Positions 55,001-64,000 of a stretch of DNA of 64,000 nt are shown piece after piece. The notes beneath the pieces are model-generated. The model did not search any database and was not told where the DNA came from. It saw only the letters and a program-made list of their open reading frames with translations. The stretch covers positions 5,041,127 to 5,105,126 of the forward strand of contig NC_068987.1 of the NCBI RefSeq assembly GCF_001194135.2, given 5' to 3'. Every line of letters starts with the position of its first letter. Position 1 is the stretch's first letter. The position numbers and the translations under genes were made by a program. Source of the DNA: Octopus bimaculoides (Eukaryota).

Positions 55001-55562
55001 TTAGACTATTTTCCGTAGTCCTTGCACGGTGCTCACCATAAGCTTTAAGCTTATGTAAAAATACTATATATGTATAGTGAGATAGAACCCAATGCTTCAT
55101 GTTTGTAAGGCAAACTTTTTTTAGCATTTAGTCACATCTGTACAGACTGATTATGTGCACAGACGTAACAGAAAGCTAGAAATGAAATGTTCAAACCATA
55201 AAGCTTAAAGACACGTACTAAAACAAAACGAATAAATGGGAGATATTTAATAAACTATATTTGTTTTGGTCTTAATTTTGGTGACAGAGAATCATATAAA
55301 GTTATGGATATGTTTTAAAGCATTTACCCCTATTCCCTCACACATATTAGGTACTTTCAGTTATTGGACCGTGGCCATGCTTAAGAGGCTCTTTAGTTAA
55401 TTATCTGCCCCCACCCAGCATTTAATCAATCTCAGTCAAATAGCTAAGTTCATAGCAGTTATATTCTTTTTGAAAGTTATCTCTCTCTTTTACAGACTTT
55501 AATACTGCAGAGAATTTACATCGGTATACACATACCTACACACATCATCATTTATATATATC

Positions 55563-55598
<36 letters not shown>

Positions 55599-55643
55599 GA
55601 TGTAGGCTTTGGTGCAGTTTCCATCTAGCCAGTATGCCGTTGG

Positions 55644-56408
55644 ATGTGTAATGTCAATGTGAATACCCGTCAGAGTGTAAGTATCTTGAGAGAAAAGCTG
55701 AACATTAGAAGCATCAGTTGTGGCGTGCAAGAGAGACAATTGCGCTGGTATGGACATGTGGTGAGAATGGATGAGGATAGCTGCGTGAAAAAGTGCCACA
55801 CCCTAACAGTTGAGGGAACCCGTGGAAGAGGTAGGCCCAGGAAGACCTGGGCTGAGGTGGTGAGGCAAGACTTTCGTACATTGGGCCTCACCGAGGCGAT
55901 GACTACTGACCNNNNNNNNNNNNNNNNNNNNNNNNNNNNNNNNNNNNNNNNNNNNNNNNNNNNNNNNNNNNNNNNNNNNNNNNNNNNNNNNNNNNNNNNN
56001 NNNNNNNNNNNNNNNNNNNNNNNNNNNNNNNNNNNNNNNNNNNNNNNNNNNNNNNNNNNNNNNNNNGCACATGAGATGCACCATTTTGAGCGTGGCCGTT
56101 GCCAGTACCGCCTGACTGGCTCCCGTAGGATTTTTGAGCGAGATCGTTGCCAGTGCCCCTGGACTGGCTTGTGCGGGTGGCACATAAAAGACACCATTTC
56201 GAGCGTGGCCGTTTTCGTGCGGGTGACACGTAAAAGCACCCACTACACTCTCTGAGTGGTTGGCGTTAGGAAGGGCATCCAGCTGTAGAAACTCTGCCAA
56301 ATCAGACTGGAGCCTGGTGTTGCCATCCGGTTTCACCAGTCCTCAGTCAAATCGTCCAACCCATGCTAGCATGGAAAGCGGACGTTAAACGACGATGATG
56401 ATGATGAT
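55644..56408 (+). mobile_element. 5'-truncated RTE-clade LINE 3' end plus 3' tail, spanning gap 55912-56066
   Basis: ERQLRWYGHVVRMDEDSCVKKCHTLTVEGTRGRGRPRKTWAEVV is an RTE ORF C-terminus, followed by family-A sequence ending in (GAT)n. Confidence 0.85.
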
Positions 56409-56671
56409 AAACAGGATCCACATGGTAAAAGTCAAACAGAAGTTACAGAAGATACTCGACACTCAAAGTGCCACACAGTGGGATGGTACTGCCATTGTAT
56501 CTTGTATGTATGTATGTATGTATGCTTAATCATTTGAAGCAAGGAATGATTCAATAAGGCTTTATGAACGTATAGTTCCTACTTACAGGTAGTAAATTTT
56601 TCTTTCATTTTTACATTCAAACCTATATAACTAACAATTCAAGTCATCTTTCACAGTTGACATATAATGTA

Positions 56672-56715
<44 letters not shown>

Positions 56716-58304
56716 TTTACATATAAAGTTTTAGTGTTTGATCTGATGAAAAAATATACTTTTATAGAACATATATAAAACTGCTGTGTGCGTGTATATC
56801 CTCACCATTTAACATCTGTTTTCTTTCCATGCTGGCATGGGTTGGACAGCTTAACAGAAGATGGTGAGTGAGAGGACTGTGCCAAGCTCTACTCTCTGCC
56901 TTGGCATGGTTTCTGCACACAAGACAGAAAAGGGCAGTGTGGCGCTTAGAGTCATTCTGCTGTGTCCCTTCTGATACAGTATAGCACTGCATATAATCAG
57001 TCACGGGAGGGCAAGCAGCATTACATAGATAATATAAGTACGTACACATGCATACTTGTGTATGTATGGGTGCATGCATATAACACCAAAGATATGCACA
57101 CACAACACACACACACAAATATTTGAGTATTTGCTATGTTATGTAACAAGAATCTGGAGGGAAACAAAGGAAGAGATTCCTTTTAGAAAAGAATTTGGAA
57201 TGATGAGTATCTGCATGTGGTGAGCTTATGTATCTATGTATATTCGTTTCCTAAACGATTAACATCAAACCTGAAGTAGTTTTAGCTTTGAGTTAAACCA
57301 TAAGTAATTTGGACAGATGTTGGATCAGCATCTCAGTGTATTCGTTTAGTGACTGGCTTTATATTAGTGCAATAACAATGTGTACCGTACCATTTGTGAT
57401 AAGTTGGTACTCCTGTACCAGAGCAGTGATTACATTAATTACTTGATGATTGTCATTGCAAAGAGCTAACCAAGTCGTTCCTATGAAGGAGAAGGAGAGA
57501 GAGAGGCGAGCAAGGGCAGATATATTAAATAAATAGAAGACCTCATTTATTCTAAGCTTGTGGCAATCACATGGCCTGATATTTAGACAGAAACTATGGC
57601 GATTAAAAACAAGGTAATTGTTTGTTGTTGTGCAATGTCTGAATGAAATGAGAAGTAAGACAATACTAAAGAATAGAGCCTGAGAACATAGTAAGAAGGA
57701 CAAACAATTAGTGATAAAGGTTAACTGTTGTAGTAACATGTTTTGTAAGACATACCAGGCCACCAAAGGAGGTATTGCTTCAAGAACAACTAAACTGGGG
57801 ACAAAACAAAAGACAAAGAATGCAAAGCTTTTTGGTAGTTGAAATGAAGGAAGGACTATTTGGCTTTGAACGAGCACAACAACAACAACGTTTTCAACAT
57901 CTGATACGTTGGGAATGGTGTTGCTATTTAAATTTAAATCAGTCCAATAGCAACATGATAATAAATAACAGAAGAGTAGAGTCTATCCAAGAAAGAGCGT
58001 TCCTATCCCCGTCCCACCCTTTTTCAGCAGCTGTAAATGGAAACAGTGTCTGAAGTAGTTCAATAAATAAATCTCTGGAAGTAGCTTATCTCTGATACTG
58101 ACTCCAATAATGCCTTTACTCAGATAATCCAGGATATAATGTCAAACTAAAGCTGACAGCTACGCCATAGAGTTTGAGGAAAAGGTTTCAGCTGGTCGTC
58201 GGAAGTAATTTCATTTGTTTTTTCCTTTTAATCATTAAACGTTGCTTTGGATGATGTCAAAAGTTCTTGTATACAATGTAAGCCAGGAATATGGTTCACT
58301 GCTG

Positions 58305-58407
58305 TCACCGGACACCTTTTGGTTTGCCCTTGCGTTTCTTAAGCATCATCAATTCCTCCTGTTCCCGCTTGATATCCTCAAGATCTTCCAGCCTTCCGAT
58401 TTTGGCA
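58305..58407 (-). CDS. SPTY2D1: SPT2 last coding exon
   Basis: AKIGRLEDLEDIKREQEELMMLKKRKGKPKGVR*. Confidence 0.92.
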
Positions 58408-61400
58408 CTGGCAAAGGAAAGAACATACATTTAGAAGAATACACAAACACACATATATTCTTTTTTTTCTTTTTACTCGCTTCAGTCATTTTCACTGTGG
58501 CCATGCTGGAGCACCATCTCTTTTATATATGAATATGTGTGTGTGTGAGTGTGCATGTATTTTATTAATATTTAGTGGAAGCAACAGAGTAACTCAAAGT
58601 CCAACGATTTCGTGCGTCAACACTTTATATACATATTTACATATAAAGTTTTAGTGTTTGATCTGATATATATATATATATATACATACACAAATATATA
58701 TATATATAAACCCCTAACTCTCTCACTATATAAATATATATATATATATATGCATATATACGTACGTATATGTACATACTTGCATGAATGGTGCTTATTG
58801 CCTGCCACCAGCACGAGAGCCAGTGAGGCGGCACTGGCATTGGCCACAACTACGATTTCCATCTGATTGTGATTTGATTTGACTCAATAGATCTCCCCAA
58901 GCACGGCGTGTCACCTGACGATTCAAAGGTACTTTTTAAATGGACTGGTTATGCAACACTGGTATAGGCTATGGCTGTGATTTCACTTTACTTGCAGGGT
59001 CTTCTCAGTCACAGCATATCTCCAGAGGTCTCGGTCTTTTGTCATTACCTCTGTGAGGCCCAACATTCAAAGGTCATGCTTCATCGCCTCCGATTATATA
59101 TATATATAGATTAAAAAGTTTTGAGATTTTATTTATGTGAGTCAACTGATATGCAAATACTAAACTTACCTTCTAATCTCTTCTTTCATCTGTTGTGAAA
59201 ATGACGTTTCCATCTTCTCGATATCTGATATATCTTCGTCTTTGAATCTGAGGAAAATTAAATTTGAACAATTTCCAAACCATAAAATTTGGCAGATATT
59301 TAATTGCAGGTCATAATTTACATCATTGTACTCGTTACTAAAACACTAAGTCATCATCAGCAATTAATAACCGTTTTTCCATGCTGGCATGGGTTGGACG
59401 GTTCAAGAGGAACCTGAGGACTGCATCAGGGCCCAATGTCTGCTTTGAGCCACTAGACAATGGCCAACGAATGTGCATGAAGGCTGTGTCCACCGTAACT
59501 GACACTGGTGCAAAACTAGAGTCAGTGATGCAGTAGAGTATTGGCGACCACACTGAGAGACTGAAACCTCATGCACTGAAGGTAACTGTGCATGTGCACA
59601 AATGAGGATGCCTGCCACAGTGGCACTGACCAGAGAGGCATCCGGATGACAAATTTGATATCAACACTACAGCTCCTTACTAGTCTGCTGCTTTGCATGG
59701 AGATGTGTACCTGTGTGGTGGCATGACTCTGAGCCATAGGCAATGTGGTTGCTCCTTGGAGCCAATCCGTCTTCCAAATGCTTGGATCCAACTTCTCTTA
59801 CCTGTATTGGTACTATTGATGAGAGGCTGAACACCTCAGATACAAATTGTGGATGGTGGGTACAGACCAACACAAGAGCTGTGAATTGCAATGAACCCGG
59901 ATTGTCCGGGGCTGCCAACAGCACACCAGATGCCACCCAAGACACTGTGCTCGATATGTAAAAGCATTCTAATAAAAGACAAGTAAAAGAAAGGATATAC
60001 TGCGTACTTACTTTCGTCGATCATAGCCAAAGATACTTCGAATATATTTAGATACATTTTGGCAGTCATCATCAATTGGTTCATCATCAATAAAACCATC
60101 CATGTCATCCTCCTCCTCTTCATCACTTTCAATTACTCTCCGTCGTTTTACTGGAACAACAACAACAAATAAAAGTAATAAGAATTCTCCCTGTCCCTGC
60201 TAACAAGAGTTTGACAACAACAACAATTGATATATCACATTGTTAAAAAGTTATATATATATATGTATATAGACACAAGGTGTGCAATAAAATCCAGGCT
60301 AGACTCATGTCTTCAAGCAAGGAACTATGAGTAGCTTGTATCTTTATACTGTGTATATTAAATGATATCTATCTATCACTGAATGGAGTACTTTTTTCCT
60401 TAATCTTATCTTAACAAAACAGTTCTCTCTCTATATATATATATATCTGTTTATATAAACCAGAAGTGATAAATTACAGGAGTTTATGATGTTTATAATA
60501 GAATCACCGTTTCAACCAGAAGGGAAATGAAAAGCATGGCCTCGAAGCAGCCATTTTGGTACCTGTTGTTAACAAAGATTTTTGAACGAAAGGATAAGCG
60601 TTTATTTCAAACTTTCGTTTCATATTTCAAAAGATATTCAGACAGTGGACCTGCAAAACTAAACCAGGCTTAGTTTACCAGCTGAGGATAGGAAATAAGT
60701 TACTCTGAGTACTGGAAATTGGAGCCTTTCAGTTATAATGTGTGTGTGTATGTATATCATATCTATCTATCTATATATATATATAAGTTCAAAAAAACAA
60801 TAACAAAAAAACAACAAAGTGAGGACGTGATACGGATAGTGTTATTGGACGCTCGGGAAAGGAAAGAGAGAGTGTATTTATATATATATATATATATATA
60901 TNNNNNNNNNNNNNNNNNNNNNNNNNNNNNNNNNNNNNNNNNNNNNNNNNNNNNNNNNNNNNNNNNNNNNNNNNNNNNNNNNNNNNNNNATATACATATA
61001 TATATATATGTATATATTCATATATATTTTTATACACATCTATATTTCTCTCTCTGTATATATACACACACACTCAGAGTGTAATGGGTGCATTATGTTC
61101 CTGGAGTGGTTGGCGTTAGGAAAAGCATCCAGCTGTAGAAACTCTGCCAGATCAGATCGGAGCCTGGTGCAGCCATCTGGTTCGCCAGTCCTCAGCCAAA
61201 TCGTCCAACCCATGCTAGCATGGAAAGCAGACATTAACCCTTTTGTTACCATATTTCTGTTGAGATGCTGTGTGTTTCTTTCAATTAATTTTAAATATAA
61301 CAAAGAATTTAGTAAAATAACTTAGTTATCATTAAGCTAGTGTAAGGAACATGGATTGTGACTAAGGTTTGGTGGAAGATTTTAATTCCAAACTTATGAA

Positions 61401-63535
61401 AACAAGAGATGTGTACTACAGAACTAGAGGCAGTTCCAGCCGGATTGGTATCGAAAGGTTAAACAACATACTAAAAAGTAAGAGGTTTAAATAAGAAATT
61501 ATTTGAAATTTGTTACCTGGTTTCTTAACAGGATCTGCTTTTTGAATTCCACTGTATATTTTGTCCCAAGTGGATAATGGTTTTTCTTCAGGCTTCGCAG
61601 CCGGACGACAGATGAGAAGGTTATTATTCTCAGATGTGTATTTGTTGGCATTCCCACAGTTTTCAGGGCTTGGTTTGTGTTTGGCAGGTTGAGGCTTGCT
61701 CGGTGGATTTGTCTGTTTCTTCTTCTCATTCTTCATTTGTTTCATTTCGTCTTGCAAAGCCTTCAGTTTACTCTCAAGATCTTTGTACTTACTGTTAAAA
61801 TCCGTCTCTATTTCTTTGCTCTTTTGTACATTTTTATTCTGGTTTATTACAGAATCACTAGTCCTTTTGTTTTCAGAAGTTATATTTGTAGTCCGTTGAG
61901 ATTTATTTGGTTTTTCTGAGATTTCTTTCTTTTTTAATTTAATTTCAGGTGTTGATTTTTTTAAAGAATTATTGTTACGGGAATTAGAAGAGTCAGAGCT
62001 TTTGGTATGTTTGTATTCCTTCGAAGACAGTCTCTGTAATCTGTCTTTTTCATCTTGTGTCATGGGACGGTCAGCGGGACGATTGGAATTGAGAATTTGC
62101 TTTGGGTCAGCAGCTTTTTCTAGAGCTATTTTCATTAACTCATCAAATTTCAGCGGAGTTGCTCCAGTGCTAGAATTAAATGGTTTTTTCGTTTTGCTAG
62201 AAATGTTCGGACGACTGGCACTTGAATCAGAAGCAGATTTGGACCCACTAAGAACTGCTGATGCTGTTGACTTACTTGCTTTTAAATCTTTCGAGCTATT
62301 ATTATTACTTAGAGAGGTTTTTGGTCCCTTTTCACTGTTAGAATTTCCTGTTCCCTTTGGTATTTTGAAGGTTTCTTTCTTGGATTCAGCTGAAATGAAC
62401 AACAGAAAATTACTTACTAAAACTCAGGAAATAAGTGCAGGCATGGCTGCTTCCGGGTTCAATCTTACTGTGTGGCACCTTGAGCAAGTGTCTTTTACTA
62501 TAGCCTGAGACCAACCAAAGCCCTGTGAGTGGATTTGGTAGGTGGAAACTGAAAGCCTGTCGTGTATGCCACAACAGGCTCCAGTTGTCTGTTTTGGCAG
62601 AGTTTCTATGGCTGGATGCCTGCCCCAATGCCAACCATTTTAAAGATTGTACTGGGTGTTTTTTATGTGGCACCAGCACGAGTGCTTTTTGCATGGCACT
62701 AGCACAGGTGCTTGGTATGTGGCACCAGCACCCGTGGGCTTGCAAGAGAATGACCTCTCAGCTGAGAGACAGAGTGGATCCAGGAGATTAGAGAGGGACA
62801 GCTGTAGCCCTCTTATCATTGAGGAGGTACTTTGCTACCCCAGTAAGACAAGGAAGAGGAGAGGAAAGTGGAAGGTTAGAGAGAGAGAGAGTCAGTATCA
62901 ATTTTACTTACAGGCTGCATCAGATTGGGGCCTGGTGCAGCCTCCTGGTTTCCCAGACCCCAATCGAACCGTCCAACCCATGCCAGCATGGAAAACGGAC
63001 ATTAAACGATGATGATGATGATGGTACTGGTTAACTCACAAGAATAATATACGATGTTAACTGATGTCCACACAGAGGGACCAAACCCCTAATTATGGGA
63101 TTCTGAAGCAAGCTTCTTAATCACACAGCCAAGAAAAACAAAATTTTCAGAGAAAAACTAACCTTCTTTTTCTTGAAGTTTAATCCTTTTCAATTTATCC
63201 TTCAACTGCTCCTCTTTTAGCTTTTCCTTCATCTTTGGTGACAGAAGCTTCTCATCAACATTCTTCAGTTTGGAACTCTTATCAGACTGTTTCTCTAAAC
63301 GGATTTTTTCTTTCGTCTGTTCTTTCTTTAGCCGCTCTCTTTCTCTGTCATGTTTTTTCAATTCCTTCATGTCGGCAAGCCGTTTCTGCTCTTTGATTCT
63401 GTTTGTAATACGTTCATTAATCAAATCTTTCTCTTTCTCCTCCTTTAATCGCTTTATAACATCAGATTCTACCTTGGTTTTGGGTAGCTTCTTTGGCGCT
63501 GAGCACTGTGTACTATATTTCTTTGAAGTTGGAAG
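58305..63535 (-). CDS. SPTY2D1: Protein SPT2 homolog (H3/H4 histone chaperone); first exon lies beyond the right edge
   Basis: Exons 63163-63535, 61517-62389, 60012-60150, 59170-59247, 58305-58407, phase-consistent GT-AG. N-terminal KKYST..SAPKK.PK resembles SPT2; C-terminal SPT2 domain DDMDGFIDD...SKYIRSIFGYDRRK...METSFSQQMKEEIRSAKIGRLEDLED. Confidence 0.92.
58782..59091 (-). mobile_element. RTE LINE 3' end fragment
   Basis: Minus strand: EAMKHDL*MLGLTEVMTKDRDLWRYAVTEKT running directly into family-A internal repeats. Confidence 0.78.
59170..59247 (-). CDS. SPTY2D1: SPT2 exon
   Basis: FKDEDISDIEKMETSFSQQMKEEIRS. Confidence 0.93.
60012..60150 (-). CDS. SPTY2D1: SPT2 exon (SPT2 domain start)
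   Basis: VKRRRVIESDEEEEDDMDGFIDDEPIDDDCQNVSKYIRSIFGYDRRK. Confidence 0.93.
61238..61458. mobile_element. piggyBac-type MITE, family 1, inserted in the TTAA of a retroposon tail
   Basis: GACA-TTAA|CCCTTTT...GAAAGG|TTAA-AC. Confidence 0.85.
61517..62389 (-). CDS. SPTY2D1: SPT2 large S/K/N-rich low-complexity exon
   Basis: 873-nt open exon AESKKETFK...FDELMKIALEK...RPMTQDEKDRLQR...ADPVKKP; CAG/GTAAC. Confidence 0.88.
63163..63535 (-). CDS. SPTY2D1: SPT2 exon (K/E-rich N-terminal coiled coil)
   Basis: LPTSKKYSTQCSAPKKLPKTKVESDVIKRLKEEKEKDLINER...KRIKLQEKE; TAG/GTTAG. Confidence 0.88.
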
Positions 63536-63644
63536 CTAAAATGTAAAACAAGGAAAATAAAAGACTGGTGATAACATTATTGATATTTGCAGCTTCTCAG
63601 GCATTTGGTAGATGAAAAACTGTTGTATGTATATATATATATAT

Positions 63645-63999
63645 ATTTTGAGCATGGCCGTTGCCAGTACCGCCTGACTGGCTCCCGTAGGATTTTCGAG
63701 CGAGATCGTTGCCAGTGCCCCTGGACTGGCCTGTGCGGGTGGCACATAAAAGACACCATTTCGAGCGTGGCCGTTGCCAGTATCGCCTGACTGGCCTTCG
63801 TGCAGGTGACACGTAAAAGCACCTACTACACTCTCTGAGTGGTTGGCGTTAGGAAGGGCATCCAGCTGTAGAAACTCTGCCAAATTTAGATTGGAGCCTG
63901 GTGTTGCCATCCAGTTTCACCAGTCCTCAGTCAAATCGTCCAACCCATGCTAGCATGGAAAGCGGACATTAAACGATGATGATGATGATGATGATGATG
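63645..63999 (+). mobile_element. Family A retroposon (RTE 3' tail / SINE), young copy
   Basis: Nearly identical to 56090-56400 and 24915-25108; (GAT)n tail. About 20 further copies, e.g. 5770-5955, 6955-7055(-), 11665-11822, 22485-22815(-), 42868-43141, 45769-45980(-), 51265-51450(-). Confidence 0.85.
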
Positions 64000-64000
64000 G

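Noticed and set aside
56715-58667. Identical 33-bp segment at 56715-56747 and 58635-58667
   Set aside because: Both abut (TA)n/(CA)n tracts; most likely a small dispersed repeat or a local assembly echo
61972-62508. 178-aa plus-strand ORF, plus 63270-63539
   Set aside because: Antisense shadows of SPT2 low-complexity exons

Overview
AT-rich, intron- and repeat-rich animal genomic DNA with nine N gaps. The SINE/LINE/MITE landscape and microsatellites suggest an octopus-like cephalopod; this is inferred and unverified. Three spliced genes were reconstructed by hand. (1) XRCC6/Ku70, minus strand: ATG at 14208, 14 visible coding exons, two more predicted inside N gaps, 3' end beyond the left edge. 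(2) A complete DDB1, plus strand: 17082-46896, 28 coding exons, 3429 nt, 1142 aa, head-to-head with Ku70 across about 2.9 kb. It has one GC-AG intron and one U12-type intron. (3) The 3' five coding exons of SPT2/SPTY2D1, minus strand, convergent with DDB1. Non-coding highlights: a type I hammerhead-ribozyme motif in DDB1 intron 7 with three degenerate relatives sharing the same stem III; two foldback elements between the Ku70 and DDB1 start codons; a CpG-decayed tRNA-Glu in DDB1 intron 19; a 28-bp near-perfect hairpin at 53844-53922; piggyBac-type MITEs; a Tc1/mariner relic; RTE LINE 3' ends. No prokaryotic or CRISPR system is present. Most ORFs in the supplied track are artefacts of N runs, repeats or antisense frames.
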